Positions 16,996-27,086 are shown, counted from the first letter of the stretch. The stretch: 64,000 nucleotides of DNA from Thermomicrobiales bacterium (GCA_023954495.1 JAMLIA010000002.1:10742-74741); one strand, 5' to 3'. Notes: a model not told the origin generated them from the letters alone. A program made the numbers and translations.

Positions 16996-19900
16996 GTGCT
17001 GTCGATGGTGGAGACCAGATGGAGCTCGCCGCTCGTCGGCGCTGCATTTCGTGTGCTGCTTGTTGCTGCGATGGTTCTACCGCTGCTGAATATTCACGCG
17101 GCTATCGCAAGCGCTCCGATCGTCGCATTTCAAGCGACATGGCAACGCACTGATCTTCCAGTTGCAAACGGAACTGTTCAACGGACATGGATGTGGGGGC
17201 CAGACGCACATGGCGATGCGATAGCCGAGCCGTATCTCGAAGCGGACGGGGCAAGCCGCACGGTCCAGTACTACGACAAGTCACGCATGGAACTGACCGA
17301 TCCAGACGCAGACGTTACGTCACCGTGGTACGTGACGAACGGACTCCTCGTCGTTGAGCTGATCTCTGGTCGGATGCAGATTGGCGACAATACATTTGTC
17401 TCGATGACACCATCGTCTGCAAATGTCGCCGGTGATCCAGATGATCCAAATGGCCCTACCTATGCATCTCTGGCTGGAATTCTCTCCGCACCGCCAGCAA
17501 TGTCGAACACTATGTTGACCGATCGTCTCCTCCGTGATGGTTCAGTCGTTCCAGATGATGATTTGGCTGCTCAACGTGTCCGCGCAGCGTTCGTTGATGA
17601 TGTGACGCATCACGCCATAGCCGAACCGTTCTGGACGTTCATGACCTCGACCGGAACCATTTGGGACGGCAATCTGGTTGAAGATCAGCTCTTCGAGAGT
17701 CCGTTCTATGCGACCGGACGACCGATCACCGAAGCGTATTGGACGACTGTTCGGGTGGGCGGGGCGGCGCGCGACGTGCTGCTGCAGTGCTTCGAGCGCC
17801 GCTGCCTGACCTACACTCCGGACAATCCGGCTGGCTGGCGAGTCGAGGCCGGCAATGTTGGCCTGCATTACTACTCGTGGCGCTATGAGTCGGGACATGA
17901 CGTCACGATCGAGTCGATCGCGCGCGATTCTGCTGCGTTGGTCCAGCACCCTGGTGGACCAACGCTATCGATCCCAGCGTTTGCAACGAGTGCCAACGGC
18001 ATCATCACGATTGCTCAGTCGCTGAATGCGCAGCCACAGCCTGACTATGCGCTGGTCGGTAGCGCCTGGGATATCTCGCTGATCGGCGCGTCAGTCGACG
18101 CACCGATTGAGCTGGCGCTTGGAACGCACCTGACCGGCAGCGACCTCGATGATGCGCTGGTGGCGTATTTCGATGAAGATGCCGGAGTCTGGCAGCCGGT
18201 GCCGACCACGATTAATGCCGAGACCGGTCAGGTCCGCGTCATCACAACTCACTTGTCAACGTGGGGTGTCTTCGTGCCTGCCGATGACTCGGAAGTCACT
18301 CCGCCAACTCCACCCGATCCACCGTCTCCGCCTTCACCGCCATCTCCTCCGGACGAATCGCCGAATGTGCCTCCGACGATCGACCTGAACGGGCCGGACG
18401 GTGCCGGTACGTCGGTGGCACTGGGCGTAGTTGGTGGGGCAGAAGCGGCGCTCGTTGCTCCGGGTGCGACGCTGTCCGACGAGGACGACACGTCGTTGGA
18501 GTCGATGGTCGTCAATCTGCTGGACGCGCAAGATGGCAGCGAAGAGCAGGTGTCGGTGGACGCAGCGCCGGGCATTGTCCTGAGCCGCGATGCCGACGGT
18601 CACTCTTTACAAATTCAAGGCCCGGCCACGATCGGCACATTCCAGGCGATCCTCCGCACGCTCACCTATCAGCACGCCAGCCGCGATGCATCGCCCGGCG
18701 AGCGTCGCATCGTCGTGCGCGTTCACGATGGTAGCGACGAAAGCGAGACTGCTTCCGCAATCGTGACGGTTGAGCCGGATCCTAACCACGCTCCGGTTGC
18801 AGAAGGCGATTCGGTCACCACCGATGAAGATACAGCCGCGAGCATCGCGCTTGTTGCCAACGATCTCGATGGCGACACGCTCACCTGGTCGATTGAGAGC
18901 CCGCCTGCTCATGGTGTCTTGAGTGGCGTGGCACCAGACCTGACGTATACACCAGCAGTGGATTTCCACGGCGTGGATTCGTTTACCTGGAGCGTCAGTG
19001 ACGGCGAGTTCTCGTCGGAGATCGTCGCTGTCTCAATCATGATCACCTCGGTGAACGACGCGCCGGTCGCGCATCCGCAGTCGGTGGCGACGTTGGAAGA
19101 CGAGCCAGTTCAGCTCACGCTGACCGCTGAAGACGCGGACGGCGACGCGCTGACTTATGCGACGGTTGAACCGCCAGCCCACGGCACGCTGCTGGGAAGT
19201 GGACCGGAATACACGTACGTTCCAGCTGCCAACTTCGCCGGCGCGGACCTGTTCTCGTTCAGTGTCAGTGACGGAACCGTGCAGTCTGAACCGGCAATTG
19301 TGACGGTTACCGTGTCCGCAGTCGATGATCCGCCGGTAGCGCAGAGCCAAGTGATCACGACCGACGAAGATCAGGCGGTCGACATTACGCTGAACGCGGT
19401 CGATGACAGTGAGACGCTGATCTTTCGCATTGTCGCGTCGCCGAGTCACGGTGCGTTGACTGGCGATGGGCCGACCGTCACCTACACGCCAGCTGAGAAC
19501 TATTTCGGGGACGACGCATTCTCCTTCGTGGCCTTTGATGGTGTCGCGGATTCAGAACCAGCGACTGTTGCGATTCAAATCGCGCCGGTAAACGACGCTC
19601 CGGTCGCGTCGTCACAGCACGTGACGCTCTCCGAAGATGGCTCGGTCACCATCACGCTGGTGGCCACCGATGTCGACGGCGACGCTCTTTCGATCGCGCT
19701 GGGCGACGAACCGCCAACACTTGGAGTCGTGTCTGGTATAGATGACGTTGCCTGCTCTGTTGCGGGTGCAGTCATGATGTGCTCGCTGCAGGTCAACTAC
19801 GTTCCGAACGCAAACCTGTTTGGCGATGACGCGTTCTCGTTCACGGCGAGCGACGGTACGCTGACGTCTCAAGCGCAGATTGACATCACCGTCTTGTCGG

Positions 19901-22900
19901 TGAATGATCCGCCAACGGCGCGGGATGACTCCATGGAAGGCGTTCACGAGGATGCCGCAGATGTCGAAATTGACGTACTGGCGAACGACTCGATTGAGCC
20001 GGATCAGGGCGAAGCGCTGACGATTGTCGGCTTCTCGGAGTTCAGCGCGGGAGGAAGTGCGCGCATATCCGGTGGTCGCGTGCTGTACACACCAGCGGCG
20101 GACTTCTTCGGAACCGAGACTTTCCGCTACTCCATATCGGATGGCAATGGCGGATTGGACAGCGCCACAGTATCAGTCGAGGTTCTTGGCGTAAACGATC
20201 CGCCGACAGCGGTTGACGACGCCTATGAATTGAACGAAGACGGTGGCCCACTCGTTCTCGATTTGATGGCGAACGACAGTATTGCTCCGGATGTCGGCGA
20301 GACACTCAGGGTCTTCTATTGGGAGACGCCGTGGTTGGGAACGATTTCGGTCGATCCGGATACCGGCGAAATGCTCTACACACCTGAGCCGAACGCCAAT
20401 GGTGTTGATACGTTCAAGTACGGCATTGAGGATAGCAACGGCGCAATCGCCGATGCGCGAGTAACGATCACGCTAGTCCCGGTGAACGATCCGCCGACAG
20501 CCTCCGATGACACAGCGCAGATGAATGAAGACAGCGACACGATCAGCATTGACGTACTGGCCAACGATACCTTTGCGCCCGATCAGGGCGAGACGCTGAT
20601 TATAACGCTCGTTGGATCGGCGACACTCGGCACGGCTGCCATCGCGGACGATGGCCTGAGCGTGTCCTATACGCCGATCGTTGACGCGTTTGGAACTGAC
20701 TCATTCACCTACACGATCACTGATGATGGTGGCGCGACCGCTGAGGCGACCGTCACGGTCGAGATCGCGCCAGTCAATGATGCCCCGCAGCTCGCTCAAG
20801 CCACCTCCGCCGTAGCGTACGTTGAGAACGCACCGCCGCTGGAGATCGCCGCTGACCTTACCGTCATCGACGTTGATTCACAGATTGTTGGGGCGACAAT
20901 CTCCCTCGCTGCGCGACCGGACGGCGCGTTCGAGGTGCTCTCGATTGAAGCAAGTGGCGGGATCGCCAGCAGTATGAATTCGACAACCGGGGCTATTACG
21001 CTGTCCGGCTCGGCGTCGCCAGAGATGTATCAACAAGTCCTCCGGACGTTGCGTTATGTCCACGAATCGGACGTGCCGACATCTGGGGATCGCACCGTAA
21101 CGATCTCCATATCGGATGGCGAGCATCAGGCAGCGATATCTGTTATGGTCACGGTCACGGCGGTCAATGATCCACCGGTGCTTGGGTTTGGCGGGACGGT
21201 CGTTCTCGACGGCGCGCCCGTCGTCCTTGATGACGACGCGACGGTCATCGATATGGATTCGCCCGATCTGGCCAGTGGCCAGCTCACAGCCACGATCTCC
21301 ATCGGCTTTGCGACCGGCGATGTGCTGACGATCACGCCGTCAGGACCACTCAGTGTTTCCGGCGACACGCTCACCTGGAATGATGATGCACCAGTTGCCG
21401 TTGGCACGATCACTCGGTCGGCCGAACAGTTGGTAGTGACGTTCACGGACAGCGCAACGCCGGATCGTGTTGCGGCAGTCGTCCGCGCACTCACGTTTTC
21501 CTCGACGTCAGCGACGAGCGCCAACCGCGCTGTGGCGGTTGTAGTTACCGATGGCGACGGCGGCACCAGCTTGACCGGCGTCGTGACGGTCGGCGTCAAT
21601 CGCGCCCCGGACGACATCTCGGTCGACGGCACTGCGCTCACTGAGGGAATCCACGACGCCACCACAGTCGGTGTAGTGACCGGCTACGATCCAGATGACG
21701 ATGCTCTGACGTTCTCGCTCGCAGCGGGAAGCGATTCGCGCTTTGTGCTGGTCGATGTCAACGGCGATTGGTCGCTACAAACGACAAGTGCCGCCACGTT
21801 TGATTTTGAAACCGAACCGTCAATTGATGTCGAGATCGTTGCGAGCGATCCGTTCGGTCGCACCTACTCCGAGGTCGTGACGATCTCAATTACTGATATG
21901 AATGAAGCGCCGACGCTTGTCATGCCGGCATCCGTTGAGCTTCCGGAGAACAGCCCGATTGACACGATTGTAGCGACAGCAGGTGTCAGCGATGCGGACG
22001 CGGGACAGACGCATACGTTCACGATCACCGCAGGAAACGACACTGGCGCATTCCAGATCGATGTGACAACTGGAGAGATAACTGTCGCTGACTCGACCCC
22101 GCTGGACTACGAATCCGTGACGAGCTTCGTTCTGACTGTCTCAGTAACCGATAGTGGCGCACCGTCACTAAGTGCTTCGGGCACACTGACCGTCGTCATT
22201 ACCGATGTCGATGAAGTGGTCGCTGATACGCAGCCACCGACGATCGGAGCGCTTTCGTATGGGCCGCTGCTGGGGAACCTGCGATTGACAGCCACGGCCG
22301 CAGACGGATTTCTGAGCACATCAGTTGATCCCGAAGGATCGCCTGTCTCGCTGGTTGCGGCTGAACCGCTCTCTGGGGCAAATTCCGGCTCACTGACGTG
22401 GGACGCCGATGGGAGTTTCACGTATCAGCCGAAGACCGGCCTGCGCTCAACGACCGTCACCTGGCAGATCACGGTTTCCGATGTTGCCGGAAACACCGTC
22501 TCGGCGAATGTGAATTTCGAGATCTCTAGCAGGCTCGTCTGGTACGTGGACCAGACATACAGCGGCGGCGCGTCGGATGGCTCCTGGAGCTCACCGTATG
22601 TCGCCATGTACGAAGTCACCAACAACTCGGCGGTCAAGGTGAACGACATCATCTACGTCGCCGCCGGAGTGTCGCCGTACGCTGGACCGGTTGAGCTGAA
22701 GCCGGGGCAGACCCTCGTTGGACAGGGCGCTGTGGCCGATAGCTTCGCAGCACTTGTCGGTGCGCCGGAGCTTACGTGCGGCACCTATCTGGCACCGGCG
22801 ATCAACGGCGCTCGCCCGACGATCACGGCGACCGGCGGAGCCGGCATCAAGCTGTCGACCGGCAACGTTGTCCTTGGCCTGACAATTGGAGAGACACGGG

Positions 22901-24228
22901 ACGCGGCGATCCAGGGTGCCGGAGCGTCGAACGACGTTGGACCGACAATCCGCGATGTTGAGATCACGGGCACTGGCGCGAATCTCGGACCGGCTCTGTA
23001 TGTGACAGGTTACAGCAGTGCCTCCATGTCGTTCGTCAGCATCGAGCGCAAGACATCCCGAGCCTCGGGTGCGCTCGGAGTCGTCCACATAGCTGGCCGA
23101 TCGGGCGCGGACTGGACGTTCATCGTCGAGGGAGATCTATCGCTGACAAGCTCGGCCGTGCGCGGATTGATGCTCGAGCGCCTGAGCACGGTAGATCTGC
23201 GTGGCGCAGTCACGATCAACACTGAAAGCTACGAAGGCATCTACATCAACGCGACAGCACTTGAGCTCTCGGGTGCGCACACGCACTCGGTGACAACCGC
23301 GAACGCTGCCGGTGTTTACGTGCGCAACGAATCTCTATTCGCCGTAACAGCAGGTAGTCTGGCCGTATCAACCTCGAACAGCAACGCACTCGACGTAGCC
23401 GAATCGCTAGTGGAAATGCCAGGCCCGGGCAACACGCTCAGCGCAACCTACGGCGCAGCCCTGTGGTTCTATGGTGTGGCTATCGGATCGGCCGGCGCGA
23501 CCTTCGACAGCGTCAGCGCCGCATACGCCACGAACGGCATTGCGATTGACGGGTTGACCAGCCTGGGGCCGCTTGTCATTGGTCCAGCCGGGGGCGCGCA
23601 CGCGTTCGGGGATGGTGGCGTCATCACGTCGATGAGCGGACCAGCCGTGCTGCTCAGGTACGCGAGTAACGTCACGTTGCGACATCTGGTGATTGGTGAG
23701 TCCAGTGCAACGGTCGATGAAGCGGCTTCGAAGTCCCGCGCGACGGACGGCGCTGGTATTGATGCCTACTACGTCTCGAATCTCACACTCGATCACGTCA
23801 AGATCGCGCGGACCGGCAGCCACGGGATCCGCGGTCGCGAAGTCACGAATTTCGCGATGCGCGATAGCCAGATCATCAACGCTGGTGACGTAGGTGGCGA
23901 GCATGCGTTGTCATTCCAGGGCGGCGACGGAGACTCGCTGAACGGTGCTGCGGGAACATTCACGATCACCGACAGCATCATCGCCAGCTTCTGGGACACG
24001 GGCATCTACATGGCCAACTACCCGGATGCCGCCACGGAAATGGCCGTCACCATTACCGGAACGAGATTCTCCGGGAACGCGGTCGCTGGTGGAGGGGTCT
24101 ACATCCTGGCTGCCAGCAACTCGACGATCCACGTGGACGTGGCAGATTGCACATATGTCAACCTGCAGGGGCAGGAGCTTGTGGCGGCTTCGACCGGGAC
24201 TGGCGCGATCGTCCTGCCAGAGCCATAG
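16996..24228 (+). CDS. Giant secreted mosaic adhesin-like protein (about 2410 aa): two LGFP-like repeats, a Pro-rich linker, seven tandem ~95-aa Ig/cadherin-like repeats, cadherin repeats and a C-terminal right-handed beta-helix
   Basis: It has an N-terminal hydrophobic signal (AFRVLLVAAMVLPLLNIHAAIASA) and the linker PPTPPDPPSPPSPPSPP. Repeats are bounded by VNDAP/VNDPP/VDDPP. Cadherin-like ends are ITDMNEAPT and ITDVDE. The C-terminal segment is Gly/Ala/Ser/Thr-rich and beta-helix-like. The start is GTG at 16996 or ATG at 17005. Confidence 0.9.
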   Translation: MLSMVETRWSSPLVGAAFRVLLVAAMVLPLLNIHAAIASAPIVAFQATWQRTDLPVANGTVQRTWMWGPDAHGDAIAEPYLEADGASRTVQYYDKSRMELTDPDADVTSPWYVTNGLLVVELISGRMQIGDNTFVSMTPSSANVAGDPDDPNGPTYASLAGILSAPPAMSNTMLTDRLLRDGSVVPDDDLAAQRVRAAFVDDVTHHAIAEPFWTFMTSTGTIWDGNLVEDQLFESPFYATGRPITEAYWTTVRVGGAARDVLLQCFERRCLTYTPDNPAGWRVEAGNVGLHYYSWRYESGHDVTIESIARDSAALVQHPGGPTLSIPAFATSANGIITIAQSLNAQPQPDYALVGSAWDISLIGASVDAPIELALGTHLTGSDLDDALVAYFDEDAGVWQPVPTTINAETGQVRVITTHLSTWGVFVPADDSEVTPPTPPDPPSPPSPPSPPDESPNVPPTIDLNGPDGAGTSVALGVVGGAEAALVAPGATLSDEDDTSLESMVVNLLDAQDGSEEQVSVDAAPGIVLSRDADGHSLQIQGPATIGTFQAILRTLTYQHASRDASPGERRIVVRVHDGSDESETASAIVTVEPDPNHAPVAEGDSVTTDEDTAASIALVANDLDGDTLTWSIESPPAHGVLSGVAPDLTYTPAVDFHGVDSFTWSVSDGEFSSEIVAVSIMITSVNDAPVAHPQSVATLEDEPVQLTLTAEDADGDALTYATVEPPAHGTLLGSGPEYTYVPAANFAGADLFSFSVSDGTVQSEPAIVTVTVSAVDDPPVAQSQVITTDEDQAVDITLNAVDDSETLIFRIVASPSHGALTGDGPTVTYTPAENYFGDDAFSFVAFDGVADSEPATVAIQIAPVNDAPVASSQHVTLSEDGSVTITLVATDVDGDALSIALGDEPPTLGVVSGIDDVACSVAGAVMMCSLQVNYVPNANLFGDDAFSFTASDGTLTSQAQIDITVLSVNDPPTARDDSMEGVHEDAADVEIDVLANDSIEPDQGEALTIVGFSEFSAGGSARISGGRVLYTPAADFFGTETFRYSISDGNGGLDSATVSVEVLGVNDPPTAVDDAYELNEDGGPLVLDLMANDSIAPDVGETLRVFYWETPWLGTISVDPDTGEMLYTPEPNANGVDTFKYGIEDSNGAIADARVTITLVPVNDPPTASDDTAQMNEDSDTISIDVLANDTFAPDQGETLIITLVGSATLGTAAIADDGLSVSYTPIVDAFGTDSFTYTITDDGGATAEATVTVEIAPVNDAPQLAQATSAVAYVENAPPLEIAADLTVIDVDSQIVGATISLAARPDGAFEVLSIEASGGIASSMNSTTGAITLSGSASPEMYQQVLRTLRYVHESDVPTSGDRTVTISISDGEHQAAISVMVTVTAVNDPPVLGFGGTVVLDGAPVVLDDDATVIDMDSPDLASGQLTATISIGFATGDVLTITPSGPLSVSGDTLTWNDDAPVAVGTITRSAEQLVVTFTDSATPDRVAAVVRALTFSSTSATSANRAVAVVVTDGDGGTSLTGVVTVGVNRAPDDISVDGTALTEGIHDATTVGVVTGYDPDDDALTFSLAAGSDSRFVLVDVNGDWSLQTTSAATFDFETEPSIDVEIVASDPFGRTYSEVVTISITDMNEAPTLVMPASVELPENSPIDTIVATAGVSDADAGQTHTFTITAGNDTGAFQIDVTTGEITVADSTPLDYESVTSFVLTVSVTDSGAPSLSASGTLTVVITDVDEVVADTQPPTIGALSYGPLLGNLRLTATAADGFLSTSVDPEGSPVSLVAAEPLSGANSGSLTWDADGSFTYQPKTGLRSTTVTWQITVSDVAGNTVSANVNFEISSRLVWYVDQTYSGGASDGSWSSPYVAMYEVTNNSAVKVNDIIYVAAGVSPYAGPVELKPGQTLVGQGAVADSFAALVGAPELTCGTYLAPAINGARPTITATGGAGIKLSTGNVVLGLTIGETRDAAIQGAGASNDVGPTIRDVEITGTGANLGPALYVTGYSSASMSFVSIERKTSRASGALGVVHIAGRSGADWTFIVEGDLSLTSSAVRGLMLERLSTVDLRGAVTINTESYEGIYINATALELSGAHTHSVTTANAAGVYVRNESLFAVTAGSLAVSTSNSNALDVAESLVEMPGPGNTLSATYGAALWFYGVAIGSAGATFDSVSAAYATNGIAIDGLTSLGPLVIGPAGGAHAFGDGGVITSMSGPAVLLRYASNVTLRHLVIGESSATVDEAASKSRATDGAGIDAYYVSNLTLDHVKIARTGSHGIRGREVTNFAMRDSQIINAGDVGGEHALSFQGGDGDSLNGAAGTFTITDSIIASFWDTGIYMANYPDAATEMAVTITGTRFSGNAVAGGGVYILAASNSTIHVDVADCTYVNLQGQELVAASTGTGAIVLPEP
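18778..20790 (+). repeat. Seven tandem coding repeats (270-310 nt, 'tandem-95'-type Ig-like modules) in the giant adhesin gene
   Basis: Unit boundaries are NHAPVA (18783), VNDAPVA (19051), VDDPPVA (19321), VNDAPVA (19588), VNDPPTA (19900, 20190, 20480) and VNDAPQL (20770). Each unit carries D.D.D..LT(Y/W)....P.HG.L......YTP...F.G.D.F.(Y/F)...DG. Confidence 0.85.
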
Positions 24229-24240
24229 GTTGGATCGACA

Positions 24241-24765
24241 TCAGGATGCGACGATGGTGAGTCCGGCAGGTGTTGTTCGCACCTGCTGGATTCGCGTTTC
24301 CCATTCGAGATCGATGTTCCTGGCTTGCAGCAGTGCGCTGACATCGATGTCGATCGACCGCGGGCCGGATTGACGCAGACCCGGCTGTTGATTGACTGCA
24401 CTGAGCACGAAATCCAGCAGCCAAGCAGCCCCGAGTCGCCCGACCCGCAAATCGCTGATCGTTGCGGTCAGATCGCCGGAGCTGGATGGACTCAGCTCGA
24501 CACGGGCGGTGACGTTCTGATTGATGATCGATCGCCGGACGCGCATGACCATCTCCAGCGCCCCGTCGTCGAGGCTCGCCGAGACGTAGGTCAGGGTCGC
24601 GCCGCCGATTTCGAGCGGTTCGGACAGCACGTGCTCGATGATGCGAATGAGCCCCGGGCTTGTCAGCGTCACCTCGCCTCCGACGATGGCAGGTCGCAGC
24701 TTGTCACCTGCTGCCCGCAGCTGGATAATCGCGTTCGTGATGATGATGTCATCGGTGCTTCGCAT
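24241..24765 (-). CDS. Hypothetical protein (174 aa), possibly DUF2993/LmeA-like
   Basis: Clean ORF with good codon bias, convergent with the giant gene. The family guess is weak. Confidence 0.6.
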   Translation of the reverse strand: MRSTDDIIITNAIIQLRAAGDKLRPAIVGGEVTLTSPGLIRIIEHVLSEPLEIGGATLTYVSASLDDGALEMVMRVRRSIINQNVTARVELSPSSSGDLTATISDLRVGRLGAAWLLDFVLSAVNQQPGLRQSGPRSIDIDVSALLQARNIDLEWETRIQQVRTTPAGLTIVAS

Positions 24766-24829
24766 GCGAGTCTCCTGTCATGTCGATTACTCCTTGAATG
24801 TTTGCAGGCGTCGTATACTATGGACGATA

Positions 24830-24969
24830 GCGAGGTCCTTCGGGGCAGGGTGCGGGACGTGTAGTCTCAATTCCCGATCGGCGGTACAGCCCGCGAGCGA
24901 CGTGTGTAACGTTGCATGACCCGGTGTAACTCCGGGGCCGACGGTATAGTCCGGATGAAAGAAGGCTCG
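24830..24969 (+). promoter_or_regulatory. FMN riboswitch (RFN element)
   Basis: Matches the RFN consensus blocks: CCUUCGGGGCAGGGUG, AAUUCCCGAUCGGCGGUA, AGCCCGCGAGCG, and CCGGUGUAACUCCGGGGCCGACGGUAUAGUCCGGAUGAAAGAAGG. P1 closes with GCGAG..CCUUC / GAAGGCUCGC. A promoter-like TTGAAT...TATACT sits at 24794-24821. Confidence 0.9.
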
Positions 24970-25049
24970 CGGTAGTCTCAGGCTATGGTGTCTCCGACCC
25001 TGTCGATTAATCGACGGGTGTTGAAGGCCAGCCACCTGACACTGCTTAC

Positions 25050-25080
25050 CCCGAAGGCATACCCCGCCTTCGGGTTTGTT
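25050..25080 (+). terminator. Riboswitch expression-platform terminator (attenuator)
   Basis: CCCGAAGG-loop-CCTTCGGG forms an 8-bp stem followed by TTTGTT, 20 nt before the ribX-like ATG. GCCTTC (25066-25071) can alternatively pair with the P1 3' strand GAAGGC (24960-24965). Confidence 0.7.
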
Positions 25081-25099
25081 GTGTCTGGGGAAGACTGCA

Positions 25100-25980
25100 T
25101 GGAGATCAGCCGCACCTCTCAATCCATCACTGATGTCCCACCTGCTGAGTCTCTTCGCCCCGGCGAGGCGGCTGAGCCTGCGGAAGCCAGTCGTTCTCCC
25201 CGACGCTCGACTGCCCTCCGACCCCTGCGCTCGTTTGTTGGCTGTATTCCAGCTGTTCTGCTGGGTCTTTCAATCTTGCTGGTTTGGGACCTGCTGGTTC
25301 GCACCGGCAGTGTCTCATCATTCCTCCTGCCTTACCCAGCCGATGTCGCGCGCTCGTTCTGGAACTCTGTGCGAGGCGGGCTGTTCTGGGAATATGCGCG
25401 GACGACGCTGACCGAAAGCATGCTGGGGTTCGGCGCGGGCGCGGCCATCGCGCTCCCGATCGGCTACGGGATCGCGCGAAGCCGCGTTCTGGCGCGGACT
25501 CTTGAGCCGTATCTGGCAGCCAGCCAGGCGATGCCCTCGGTTGCCATCGCGCCCATCCTCGTCATCTGGCTCGGTTACGGGCTGAAGGCTGTCGTCGTCC
25601 TCTGCGCGCTAATCGTCTTCTTTCCGATCGTCGTCAACACCGCGCTGGGTCTGCGCACGATTGATCGCGATGTCATCGACGCCGCGCGGGTCGATGGTGC
25701 CCACGGCTGGTCGATGTTGCTGCACTTCGAGGCACCGCTCGCGATGCCTGCTGTGCTGACCGGCCTGCGCACCGGTTTGACGCTCTCAATCATTGGTGCC
25801 GTCGTTGGCGAATTCATTCTCGGCGATCAGGGGTTGGGTGGATTGCTGACGATCGCGCGCAGCAATTTCGACACGCCGCTGGTGTTTGCCACGCTGTTCA
25901 TGCTGATGCTGCTGGCATCGTCGCTTTATGGGGTTGCCCGGTTTATTGAGGCGCGCTTGCTGCGCATATTGGGGGAGTGA
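25100..25980 (+). CDS. ribX: ABC transporter permease, NitT/TauT-ThiX family; RibX-like riboflavin importer permease
   Basis: Binding-protein-dependent permease fold with the EAA-like loop IDRDVIDAARVDGAHGWSMLLHFEAPLAMP. It sits directly behind the FMN riboswitch. The ORF-track start at 24985 lies in the leader. Confidence 0.8.
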
Positions 25981-25988
25981 TCCAAGGT

Positions 25989-27086
25989 ATGGAGACGATC
26001 GAGTCGCTGTTTTCGAGCCGCCGGGGCCGCGGTTCATCTCGTTTGGCGCTGCTGGCAGTCGCGCTGCTGCTGTTGCTTGTGCCACTGCTGACGGCGTGCG
26101 GAGGCGATGACGACGGAGCACCTGCCGCCGCGACATCGACGAGCGCTGAAACTTCTACGTCGCCCGATGCATCGAACAGCGCTGAGCCGCGCGATACGAC
26201 CATCGGTCTTTCATTCGTTCCGAATATCCAGTTTGCACCCTTCTACGTCGCGATTGAGAAGGGCTTCTATGCTGATCACGGGCTGAACGTTGACCTGAAC
26301 CACCATCAGGCCGGCGCGGACCTGTTCGGCGCGTTGGTTGCCGGGCAGGAAGACGCCATGATGGCTGGAGGGGACGAAGTCCTCTCCGCACGGGCGAAGG
26401 GTGCCGAACTTGTTTACGTCGCGGAAGTCTTCACCACCTACCCGATTGGCCTGATCGTTCCTGCGGATTCCGGCATCGAGTCCGTTGCCGACATCAAGGG
26501 CAAGAAGGTCGGCATCCCGGGACCATATGGTGCGACCTACATTGGGCTTCTCGCACTGTTGGCAGGCTCGGGCCTGACTGCGGACGACGTGCAGGTTGAG
26601 AGCATCGGCTTCACACAGGCGGCGGCGTTGTTGGCCGGGCACGTTGACGCGGTGATTGGTTACGTCAACAACGAACCGCTCCAACTGCAGAAAGCCGGCA
26701 TGGAGACCCGAACGTTCCCGGTTTCGGAGGTACGACCGCTGATCTCGAACGGCATTGTCGTGACTGAAGCGATGCTGAACGATAATCCGGACGTTGCGCG
26801 CGCGATCGTTGCCGCGACTCTTGAAGGCGTGCAGTACACGCTCGATCACCCCGACGAGGCGCTGGAAATCGCCAAGAAATTCGTGCCAACCCTGACCGAT
26901 GCCCAGCAGGTCGCCGACGCCAAGGCCGTGCTCGAAGCGTCGCTGCCGCTCTGGCAGCCGACGACCCCGCCGGGCGCGAGCAATGCGGACGACTGGCAAA
27001 GCATGGCCGAATTCCTGACCGAGAACGGCCTGCTGGATGGCGAGGTTGACGCCTCAGCGGCATTCACCAACGACCTGGTTGAGTAG
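25989..27086 (+). CDS. ribY: NMT1/THI5-like ABC substrate-binding lipoprotein; RibY-like
   Basis: Lipobox LLVPLLTACGG and IGLSFVPNIQFAPFYVAIEKGFYADHGLNVDL, typical of NMT1/ThiY-type binding proteins. The start overlaps or abuts the ribX stop (alternative GTG at 25977). No ATPase gene is adjacent. Confidence 0.8.
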   Translation: METIESLFSSRRGRGSSRLALLAVALLLLLVPLLTACGGDDDGAPAAATSTSAETSTSPDASNSAEPRDTTIGLSFVPNIQFAPFYVAIEKGFYADHGLNVDLNHHQAGADLFGALVAGQEDAMMAGGDEVLSARAKGAELVYVAEVFTTYPIGLIVPADSGIESVADIKGKKVGIPGPYGATYIGLLALLAGSGLTADDVQVESIGFTQAAALLAGHVDAVIGYVNNEPLQLQKAGMETRTFPVSEVRPLISNGIVVTEAMLNDNPDVARAIVAATLEGVQYTLDHPDEALEIAKKFVPTLTDAQQVADAKAVLEASLPLWQPTTPPGASNADDWQSMAEFLTENGLLDGEVDASAAFTNDLVE

